From assembly GCA_951804945.1 (NCBI GenBank), contig OX638154.1, forward strand, positions 63,426,001 through 63,490,000: a stretch of 64,000 nt of DNA, in the 5' to 3' direction. Source of the DNA: Podarcis cretensis. Its lineage: Eukaryota. Shown piece after piece: positions 40,501 to 52,500 of the stretch (positions are counted from its first letter, which is position 1; each line of letters starts with the position of its first letter). The notes under the pieces are model-generated. The model saw nothing but the letters and a program-made list of their open reading frames with translations. It was not told where the DNA came from and did no database searches. The position numbers and the translations under genes were made by a program.

Positions 40501-43500
40501 CCACTGCTCTTCACATGTTGATGGTTGAACATCTTTACTGAGGAAGCTTGCTCTACTTCAGTGATTTAGAACCCTGGGTAGAGCAGGCAGATATTCGGAG
40601 GGGGGGTGGCGGCAACATCTGGGGGCCTGCGGGAACAATAAGTTTCATCCTTGCTTTCCCCTTATGTGATAATATTCATGCTGGGAAAGGAGGGAGGAAG
40701 AACAGCTGAATAGGGGCTGTTTGTGTGCCAGGTCTGCTAGTCAAATCAGATGGTTGCATTGGGATGAAAAGTTCTGCAAAGTTTATCACAATAACAGGAG
40801 CCCCCTCCATATAAGGCAGTGAACCATTTTGTACTAGGGGACTGCACAGAGACATGAGAGGATCTGCTTACTGGTGACATACAACCACCTGCACTAGAGA
40901 CCACATGGGTTTTCTAAGCCTTCCTCACCAACTAGGAGGGAACTGAGCAAAAAGGCACAGGCGGTGTGGGTAAGCGTGCCCAAAAAGAAAGACTCTGCAA
41001 CTGAGTACATGAAATGGAAGTGGCACACTTTATTCCATCTCAGGTCATTTGTTTCTGGGCACTTCATCAACGGGAGTAAGGGAGGGGGAGAAGGTGGTGG
41101 GTGGCCAACCTCTAGAGAAGACCAAGTAGAATGAGATTTGCTGGTACACTGCATCCATCTTTATGTATAAAAAGAGACTTTTGGCACAGGGAAAACACTT
41201 TAAGGGGGCATAGAATAAGAGTTAGTTTAAAGCTGTTTTTCCAGTAGACTTCAATTAGAATTGTTAGTGTATTTTTTCTGGTTTTTTGCAATTAGTAATA
41301 TGTATTACGTTAGAAACCAGCCAACATACACATCTTAAGTTTTGTCAATTAGAGTATTTTGCTTTTCATTTAATAGTTAGATCTGGTCAGTCTGTTTTTC
41401 ATCATGCTCAAATTTGTAATATTGGCTCACCAAGAGCAATATTTATTTAAACATATAGCCATAGTAATATATTATTATACTATGTGTTTTTCCCCCTTAA
41501 GGCAGGGCACCAGTGATGCTGATGGTGCCAGCTTAATCATGTCTACCAAAAAGTAAGTCCTGCTGAATTCAATGGGGCTTACTCATACATAGGTAGTGTT
41601 AGGATTGCAGCCTGAGCTTTCTTTCTAAGAGATGAAACCACTGGTTTCATTCCATGTTCTGACCTGATACAAAGTCCTTGGATGACAATCTGCATACCCC
41701 ACCCCACCCCCAAGACAAGGACCTTGAGGAGCAGGACAGGTCCTCTAAGTCTAATGGTGAGGATCCCCTTGGGGGGCTCTATGGATCGGTACCTGATGAG
41801 GAACCCCTGGAACTCTCTGAGCAGAAGGTGCAGCAACCCTGCATTCCTCAAGAGGAAGATCACCAAAGTATTTGGGTCCAGGCCAAAGAACAATGGTGCA
41901 GTATGTGTCTGCAGACCCAGAGTAGTTAGCCTCCTTGTAAGTAAGGGATCTATTTGTGAGTAAGGCATGCCTGTTACTCCACAGCTAGCAGTATATAAGG
42001 CATCCCTCTTGAGTTGTCTAGCTGTTGGAAGCAACATGGGTCTTTAGCTCCTTGTTCCTGATTCTAGGTTCTCTGTTTTACTGCACCTTGCCTGACCTCC
42101 CTGTTGTACTGACCTTGGACTATTTCCCCATCTTGTTTCTGGATGATGTTTGAACCTAGACTGATTCTCTGTGCTTGACCTTTGTTTTCCTGAAATGTGC
42201 TGAATCTGCAACCCTGTCCTTATTTGTAGTACTTTGGAGTACCAAGCTTATATATTTTGTAACTAGTACCCTAGCCCCTGAGAACATCCCCTGGAGAGTG
42301 ACATAATCAGATATTCATATCCTTCATAACTAAAGCAGTCTCTTTTTGGCAGGAACAGAAGAAAACTTAGAACAGAAAGGTATGTTTATTTTTAGAGGTT
42401 TGGTTTCCATGGATAAGCTGCCTTTGTTTATAAAACATGGGATAATTTGGCTTTTCTTCTAAAAAAATTTTTTAATAAAAATTGGGGACACCACTAAAAT
42501 AGTATGTCATCATTCTATTGAAATGTTAGTGAAAACCTTTATAAATATAAATCTCCACCTTTAAGAAATAAGTAGTGAGACTATACTCTGTATACTTTTC
42601 TTTATTTTGAGACTGCACATTTCCAGGTATAGTATCCACAGCCAGCTAAGCATGGAGACAAGCCTAGGACACTCACATTCCAAGAACCACCACTCCATAC
42701 ATTCCGACCTTCCTGCTGTCCTCAATTGACATTTGCAGGCATTTGCACCTAAAGAAGATGCACTTTCCCATTTTCTTCTGTTGAATTAAAGGTTAACTGT
42801 TACCATTTTGGTGCTCAACAGATTTTTGCATTGCTTGTTCATAGGTGAAAAGGGAATTCTACTAGTTAATGATGAAAATGAGGATTCTCAGGATAGTATT
42901 TACAGTAATCCCTCATCTTACACACATTTGACTTGTGGAATTTCAAACATTCATCAATGAAGGTGGGCTGGTTGAAATTGTGCAAGTCAAGTCCCAGACA
43001 AAGGAGAGAGCTTAAAAACACTTTTTTTGCCTGCTATGGAAATAGCTTTTAAGCTCTCCGACTTGCTTGTGGAGCAAGGCCTGATCAGCATACCAACTCT
43101 GGAAAGCTCTGGGATCTTCCTGTGAGACAGTGTGACTTCCCATGAGATCTCGTGTGAGCATCCCTGGCCTTCCAGAGTCTGCAAGAGAGCTTAAAAGCTG
43201 CTTTCACAGCAGGTAACTCAAGTGGACCAAGCACAAAAAGAGTTTTGAAGCTCTCCACCTTGCTTGCTGAGCTTGGCACATCAGCTCTGGCAGTGCTAGG
43301 GATGCTCCCTTCCTCTCCCATTAGCCATGGGGTGGCTCCAAGGGTTTGACTATGTGTGATTTTTGTGTATACTTGTGTAACTCTTAGAACTGAACCCCTG
43401 TGTAAGATAAGGGATTTCTGTAGTCAAGATAATGATCAGCACCATAGTGTGATTGCTGAATTACTGATCTTCCAAATGAATATGAGCAAATCGTATCCTG

Positions 43501-46500
43501 ATCAACCCTTGATGGTTACATGTGATTGTTACGCTTCTCAGCATACAATCAAAGAGCTATTTGTCTAACAGATCAAAATAAAAACCTGGACCAGTCCTGC
43601 CTCGTCTTTTAGATCACTTATGGGCCCTTCACTCTTTTTCTATCTGGTGATGCAGAAAAGCAGAGATACATCAAGTGGCTGGGTAGGCTAGGATGTTGTT
43701 GCCATTTGGGACAGAAGTGGGAAAAGTCCTCCTCCTCACCCTATATCAAATTGTCCTCAGGTTTCTGTCAAAATACCAGTGTTAAGTAATTTGGAGACTT
43801 CAATAGCACAGCAAAGCATATGAGCATTTTATAATGAAGTGTAGACTCCAGCATGTGATACAAAGTATTTGACCAGCAAGTGTGCAAGTTACAAAGTGGG
43901 CACTATCGGAAATGGATGGAAAAGTAATTGTCAGCAAGATTATGTTCTAAATGCAGCTACATGTATTTATTTTAGATAGGAAGTCAGGACTGGTGGTAGA
44001 GATCAGCGTGCACAGTGGAACTTCCCCTCCCTCTCCTCTCCCTGCGTGACACTGTGCCCACCCCCACCAACTCTGCTCTGGGAGGTTGGGGTGAAATCCA
44101 GAACAGATTTGGGTATGAGACAGAGGGAGGAGAAGCAAGCGAAGTTCCACTGCAGAAGCAGAATTCCTTGTGCAAATGGGAAGACTTTGCTGGATATAAC
44201 TTAATATCTAGAGGCATAGTTTTGCATGTGGCTTACTGATATGCTTACAATACACTTATTGATTTACGTTTAATAACATATGTATTGCCTCAAGTTCCGT
44301 AAGAAGAACTTGTTAAAGAGACGTGGGACCTTCTAAGAAATCGAGATTGAGTTCGTTGCTGTCTCAGTTGTTGATCACTTGGCTTGCCTATGAAAAGAAA
44401 GGCAGTTCATATATGCCAAGTTTGCCTCATTAATGCCATCATTATCTTCAGTATTTAGAGTTATAACTAGTCCATTACACACATGGTATTCAGCAAAAAG
44501 AACAGTAGACCAAATCTTACGTATAAAGGACTTCTGTCTTAAGGATTGTATAGAATCTAAGTAGTTACTTTGGGATTTGGCACAATGTTTATGGCCATGT
44601 ATATCATTCTGGAGAAATACTAAGAGGTAAAAAGTATCCTGTTCTCTACCTCATAAGCTTAAAAAAAAAAAGTTTAAGGCTCATACTGTGTTAAAGTGTG
44701 CGTATAATAATTCCTACTTATGGCAAAGAATATATGTGTGCAGCATTCCTCTAGAGAATCTCAGCTTCCTGGTCCAATGTGTCAGATAAATAGGTTTTGT
44801 ATGTGCAAAAACAGTGAAGTGTTTTACTAAGGAGGACCTCAGATACATTAGACCTATATTATTTATGCTAGAAAGCTACAACAAAGCCATGAAAGGGTGG
44901 CTGTCTGGGTGGCCAGCACAGATACAACTGCTTGACTGTGAAGTTGTTGCACTTCATCACTGTTAATAAAGCTCATGTTAAAAAGGTATCAAGTATCAGC
45001 TAAAAAGGAATTTGGTAGAACAAGAGTTTTAAAAATAACCTAAGGGCTAAAGCTTTGCTGGTTCCATAAGGGAAGTTCTTTCCTCTCACATTTCAATTTA
45101 ATTGGGATTTAACTTCGACTTCCTGGGCTAACAACTGAGCGTGATTATCCGGTGATAAGTAACACCAAATCCAGCTGCATTTTTACTATCTGTAGCTGTA
45201 AAATCAATGAACACTGAGTATAAGACTGGTATTGGTTCTTATTGTAACCCACAGAGCAAATTATGAGAGTTCCATATAGCTAGGTGAAGACAGCAATAGA
45301 GCAGTAAAATATTTGTCTGAGCAAGAGTTTTTCTTACTACAAATACTGTAGCAAGTGGAGCCTAAGTTCTGCACTTGGAATATATTGTGCGAACAAATCA
45401 AACTGATTGTTTTTGCATAATGCTGGTTCTGTCAGCCAAGGAGCTCTACAGAGCACTGAAGCTCCACTCTAACCAGAACTCCAGTCCAGTCTGTTTAGGC
45501 TTTCTAAGATGTTGCCAGATATACTGCCCACAGGGTTGGCCCACCCATGAGGCAAGGTGGGGCAACTGCTTCAAGCAGCAGGATCCACAGGGGCAGCAGT
45601 TCCTGATGTAGATCTTTATTCCCCCTGCTCTTGTTCCTGATATAAACCTTCACTCACTCTTTCTTCCCTGGCAGGGTGTGGGTGGGTTCTCCTCAGGTGC
45701 CAAAATTACTTGAGCCGGCCCTGACTGCCCAACCTGTTTTCAAGGTTATCCAGGCCATCATAAGAACTAGAAATTTTCAGGTTTTGTTTCTAGCTTTTAT
45801 TGTAGTTTTGGTTTTCTGGATTTTTGTTTGTTTTTAGATCTTAACTGAGATTCTCAGAATATCAGTTTCTGCACCTGATGCCAAATGAGATTAAGAGCCT
45901 CATGCTGTACCAACTGAGCTATCCCAGCAGCTAATGTTCATGTGCTGATGCAGCAAGCGCATGAAATACAGAGGCTTTCGTACAAAATACAAAATCCAGT
46001 AGCATGCACAATGCTCAGCATTGATAGCCATAGCCTATTTGTCTAATCCTCGTGTTGAGTTGTAGCCAACTAAATTACTCATTAGAATTCTACCCGTTAA
46101 AATGGATGAACCTGTGTTATGTCCATTAACTTCAATAGATCTACTCTGAGTAGAGATAGCATTGAATACACCCGTTGTACAGATTTCTTTATCCTAAGTT
46201 TGGGAGGCTAGCCATTCTCCAAGGGAAACCAGCATAGCTCCATCAAACAAAAAAGGCAAATTCGAGGTGTTTCTTGCCATTTTTATAATGTGAGCTTACG
46301 AGCTGTAGTTCACGTTCAAAAATGATGTAAGAAAGCTGCCAGGAAAGATCCAAGCAGTGTTATCAATGCTGTTCCATAACTAGTAACAGCTGCTGTTGAT
46401 CTGACAGCAGCTACCATAGTTTTGTGCCTCCATGCAGAAATGGGAAGGAAACCACTTCTGGAAAGGAAGTGATTACTGCAAAACATTAATATGCAAGGAA

Positions 46501-49500
46501 GGAGGTTATTTTCAGAGGGCTAGATTTGGCCCGTTCTCACTACCAGCACTGGGTTTGTTATCTAGAATTGTTGGCTGTATGGCTACAGAGTGGCAAGAGC
46601 TGTTTGTATTTACGAAAACCTGGACAGCCTACTCGTCTCTATGACCAAGAGCTTACCCAAAATATTTTTATATGCTAAACTTCCATCCAGAATTGTGAAT
46701 TCAAGGCACTATCCTGAAAACCGTTACTTAGAGGGGATTTTGTCATCTAGTCCAACCCCTTGCAATGCAGGAATCTCAAATAAACATATTTAGGTGTTGG
46801 CCATCTGTCATGGATGCTTTAGCAGTGAAATTACCTTGCTTTGTTCACTGGAGAAATTGGATTTTTCATTATCTCTTCTTCTAAGGTATCATATGAGCCA
46901 TTAAATTACGTCAACATAGCATTATTATAGCTGTTTTATTACTTTATTTTGCTTTTTGCTTCAGATAACTCATGTGAAACTACCTGCATCTTCAGTCAAT
47001 AACAATGAGATACTTATGGGATTGTGTCATTATCTAAAAGATTCCAGTGGACAGTAGATTTGGTAGCAACCACACATTCAGAAAGATACATTTTTGCAGT
47101 TTACAAAAGTGTTGTCTAATGTACCTGGTACAACATGCATTCAGACAATGTAGTTCCATGCAGGCTTTAGAAATATCAATTTATAAGTGGACAAAGCAAA
47201 AACCTAAGTTTCAGAACTGCATCTTAATATTATTTGTTTGTTTATTAGATTTATATCCCACCATTCCTCTCAAAGAATCCCTGGCCACATATTAGCATAC
47301 TTCAAATAATACAAAAACAGTATCTGAGATAATTTTCTCTCTCCCCTTCCAAAGTAAAATATAAGCTCTGAATTTCCAATTTTTTCTCATGAAACAGAGT
47401 GAGCATGTATTTTGTTTTAAGTTGGACACAAGTAACCATTTTGTACTCTTTTGGAAAGTATGACGGAATATTATTTATCCATTTGCATTAATGTTTTCTT
47501 GCCAAGCAAAAGCTTTTACATTTTACTCCACATAGAGTTGGAACAACATTACAGAATATGGCAGACAGTTTAAGAATATGAAAATAAATCTTATGGTTCT
47601 GATACATGTGTGTTGGTATGTTCTGCTATATATAACATTAAAATTACCTATCTGAAAGCCCATAAAAATCTTACCCAATTGAACAGACTCTTTGCCACTC
47701 GTTTCATCTCCAGTTTTGTAAATCAAATGAATGCATTTATTCTCAAAGTTCCTTCTATTTTTTTCTTTTAAATTTAAAGCCCACTCGCGTTCTCTGGCAT
47801 GGCGCAGCATTTGCATCCTAGCGCATCTCGCTGCCATTTCCAGGTCACTTCTTCCATCTCCCAAATGGCCAATGGGAGATGTCATATCCTCTCCCAGAAA
47901 CCACAGATTTTTTGAATTTGGGTCCACCCTTAAATTGGACCAATAGCGGGCAGCCCTGGAGCAGGAAGTGGGAGTCAGACATGGCTGACTGGAATCTTCA
48001 CTCAGGTCCTCTTCCAAGCCATAAATTCCAGTAGCCATGGGACCCAGCTCCTCAGTTAGAAAGGCTGGAGATTCCAAAGAACGGAAATAAACCTTGCTGT
48101 GAAATGCTGTTTCCCAGACTTTCTATGGCACTCGAAGCTTGAGGCAACTGTAGATCTTTCCATCTTTGAATATTATTGTTTACTCACACTGTATATTTCT
48201 ATATGCTGCTTAGTTTCTCCTGGTCCTTAAGGTTCCATGACACTCTCCTTCTTTACTGAGAACAGCCTCTACAGTGCTCATCAGAGTGTAATTAAGTTGT
48301 GCCTATTTGATTTTAGTGATGAATATGAAGAAGATGGATTTTGTCAGCCATACAGAGGAATAGCATGTGCAAGGTTTATTGGAAACCGAACCATTTATAT
48401 GGAGTCCTTGCATATGCAGGGTGAAATAGAAAATCAGATTACTGGTATGTAAAGTTTGCTTTTATTTTCAGCTAGATTGCCATCATTATTGACCTTACCA
48501 TAATCTACACTATAGCAAGCTTGCTTGGGATTTAGTATGTTTAATGTACTCATAGGCAGCAGAATATATGGTTAGCTCTGTGTAAATATATTCTTAAGGA
48601 AAGAAACATTACAACTTTTGGAAACACTATCATGAAAACGAAACTGATGCTTAAAAAGATGTAAAATGAAAATATATTTGTATATATTTTTAAGCTTTAT
48701 CAACTGTGTGTGTATTTTTACAACCATTTAACTTTATAATATATACAAAGGCTACAGACAAAGTTAGTGGTGCTTAAGTTCTATCGAAAACAGAATAGTA
48801 AATTTATAATGACTTAACTCCAGCTGCATTAATGGGGTCTTCAATGTCACTAGGGGTGAAGTCCAGTTGGTGCCCCTGCACTTACAAAAGGGCTTTTGCT
48901 CCTGTGAACACATCTGCTAATAGAAAAGGATGGGAGATTATTATTGCTTACTCCTCCTCCCTGCAGGCCCCAAGTAACTCCCTTCCATCAGCTCCAGAAA
49001 GTTGGAGAAACCTTCAGAACAGTGTAGAAAACCTTCTACGGAGCAGCTGTAGGGTTCTTTTGTTAGTGAAGGTGACCACAGTATCAAAAGCCCTGTGAAG
49101 ACCATCAGTTGGATTCCACCCAATGCCTGCTTTATAGACCAGTGTCCCTTAAAGCAGGGCTTCACAATTTGTCAGTCAGCCCATCAAACTCAGGCCTTGT
49201 ATTGTAACTTGCTAGTTGCTTAACAGCTACCCTGTTTCAGTTCCACACAGGCAGCAAAAGGAGAACGGAGTCTATAGCACGCGACCTTCAGCATGGTCAG
49301 GTCACAATTCATGCAGTGTTGTCAATATTCAATGTGAAATAATTTTTGAAAATTTCAAACAGACTTTCATCTCCACATAGATAGACTTCCCATTACGTAT
49401 CTTATTTTGAAAGTGGTTTGGCCATGGGTAAGCAAACTAAGGCCTGCGAGCTGGGTCAGGCCCAATTTCCTTCTGGATCCGGCCCATGGACGGTCCAGGA

Positions 49501-52500
49501 ATCACCACGTGGACCACCAGCACGCGTTCTTTCCCTCTCCCTCACACGGCGGCAGCGCCTCCTCTCTCCTCCTGGCTTCTCCCTGCTCTGCCTAGAGGAG
49601 GAAGGGGGCTGGGCTTTGTTGGTGCCAGCAGCAGCAGCGCTTGAGCAGCCACCATTTTAAGCAGCCTCTCTCCGGAGCCCTATCGTCCGCTGCTCATCTT
49701 CCCCCCACTGCCAGCCCCTGCCACTTGCAAGACACAGGTAAGCAGCCACCGGGGCTCATGGTGCTCTTGCATCATTTTTTCCCCCTTCAAAATATAGTCT
49801 GGCCCCCCACAAGGTCTTGGGGACAGTGGACCAGCCCCCTGCTGAAAAAAGTTTGCTTACCCCTGGTTAGGCTATGAACAAGCATTATGGTGCTGAATAT
49901 GTCACTTCACGTTGTATTGCCTAAACTTTTTTGGTATGTGTATATTACAGCTGCCTTCACTATGATTGGAACCTCCAGTCATTTATCTGATAAATGTTCC
50001 CAGTTTGCCATTCCTTCACTCTGCCATTACGCTTTCCCATACTGCGATGAGACTTCTTCAGCTGCAAAGCCACGGGATCTGTGCCGTGATGAGTGTGAAA
50101 TTCTGGAAAATGTCCTTTGCCAAACTGAGTACATCTTTGCAAGATCCAACCCAATGATTCTGATGCGTTTAAAGCTGCCTAATTGTGAAGATCTTCCACA
50201 GCCTGATAGCCCAGAAGCTGTAAATTGTATCCGCATTGGCATCCCTATGGCAGATCCGATCAACAAGAGTGAGTGATAACTATAAACGTGATGTATTGCA
50301 TACAAAATATCCTACCCATCTCTGGATAGGACTAAATGTCAATAAGAATTAGTAATATGCTTTGTGGTCACAGAAGTTCATATTTTCAGCCTGGTAGAAA
50401 GCCCCACTCATTATTCCAGAATCCATCTTCCAATGCACCCACCCATTTGTTTGGATTTAGTTTGCAAGCTGATTATTTAGAATACAGTGGTACCTCGGGT
50501 TAAGAACTTAATTCATTCTGAAGGTCCGTTCTTAACCTGAAACTGTTCTTAACCTGAGGTACCACTTTAGCTAATGGGGCCTCCCACTGCCGCCGGCACG
50601 CAATTTCTGTTCTCATCCTGAGGTAAAGTTCTTAACCCGAGGTACTATTTCTGGGTTAGCGGAGTCTGTAACCTGAAGTGTCTGTAACCCGAGGTACCAC
50701 TGTAGTGCATTTCAAAATATAAATTAACCATTATTATATTTTGAACTGCTTTTTGTACTATTCTTACACCAGTTAGTGTCTGGCGTCCCAAGCCTTGCTC
50801 ATTAAAATCCCCATTAGCCATTCCATTAAAGTAAATGGCACTACTAATGGTAAGTAAAGACTTCTTAAAGGGCCAAAGGTTGCTATGCAGTGCTTCTTTG
50901 CTGCATTAGTAGGCCTGACTCCAGACACTGAGTAGAGTTCATGTTAGATCACAGACTGATTAGAATTAACATAATATCAAATGGCTGTATTTCTAAGATA
51001 GCGCAACAACAATTGGATCTCACAGCTGCTCTTTACTTTCATGCCAAAGTAAGGGATTAATTTCAGGTTTCCAGGGCAGTTTTGATTTCTTATATGTCTT
51101 TTATTCTAAAATATTTGGGATAAGTGTTTTTTTATTTAATTCCTGAAACCTAAACTTTGTATGTTCTCAAGTATATGAATGAATAGCAAGTCTAGCATTA
51201 TGGCCTCTGCAAATTGAGAACCTGAATTAAATTGAAGGACACGGGTCAGCAGAATGATACTTTCTCTCACTTTCATGTTCTTACACCAATCAGTATGTGC
51301 ACAATTCCCCTCTGATTCACCACAATTGAACTGCTGTTGTCATTTACAGATCACAAATGTTACAACAGCACAGGAGCAGACTACCGAGGGACAATGAGTG
51401 TCACAAAGTCTGGGCGACAGTGCCAGCCATGGAATTCTCAGTACCCCCACACGCACACGTTCACCGCTGTGCGATACCCAGAGCTGAATGGGGGACACTC
51501 CTATTGTCGAAACCCAGGGAATCAGAAGGAGGCTCCATGGTGCTTCACCTTAGATGAAAATTTTAAATCTGAGCTTTGTGACATCCCTGCCTGTGGTAAG
51601 TGTAGTAGAACTCTCCCATTTTGAAAGGGAAATCCAAGTCTGGGTGTAGCAAAAGGAATTCTCAAAAACCACAGTTGACACAATGATGAGCCATGCTGAG
51701 GGTTCAGCCCTACAGCTAAGATGAATAAGGAGCAGAGAGTTGAGGAGGACTCATATTCTGCTGGTGAGCAATCATCAGGAGAGGTGTGGATGAGGAACAC
51801 AAAGGCCTGAAGGCAAGCGACAATCCAGGCTTCATTATAATTACAGGTGTCTGATGGATCATGTCTATCTTCTCATTGTTGGACTTCAAAGAGTTTGCAG
51901 CAGGGAAGCTTTCTTAATACTAAGCAGCATCCACAATTCCTGCGTTGATGGGAAACATATTGGATCTCTATGGAAGCTGCTGGCAGGTTCTGGGAACTGT
52001 GAGACCACACCAGCCTGCTTATCAAAAGAGACCCATACACATACAAAGAAATATATTCACTTTCTACAGTTGCCCATGGGCTGTGTTGAAATTGCTTCTT
52101 GTTGCTGACATGCCAGTTTTACCACCCATGTTGTTGTGAATTCTGCAGCTTGATACCATTTCCCCATCAGGTCTATAGTGCATGTGTCTGACTTCAATTA
52201 TTATTTTATCAGCTTGGATGTTACTAAAAATAGCTATGTAAAAAGTAAGATGCAAAGCAGCCTCTCTGTTCCAGAAAAGTATATTACTTAGGGCTGGAGA
52301 ATTTTCAGATTAATGGTTGCACTGTTCAGCATTTACTGGTGTGACGTATCTTAGGACTGTAATGCCCCTAAACAGAATACTCAGAATTGGTGGCCGATTG
52401 AATAAGGAAACTCACTTGATTGAGATCTATTCAGAACTAACAAGGCTTTGTGGTATTATTATAATTCTACATAACTGGTGAATAATTTGTGCATGAAGCT

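Noticed and set aside
41579-42037. 152-aa minus-strand ORF and overlapping plus-strand ORFs
   Set aside because: No recognisable domain, and they lie in the LTR-like segment where higher GC makes chance ORFs likely.
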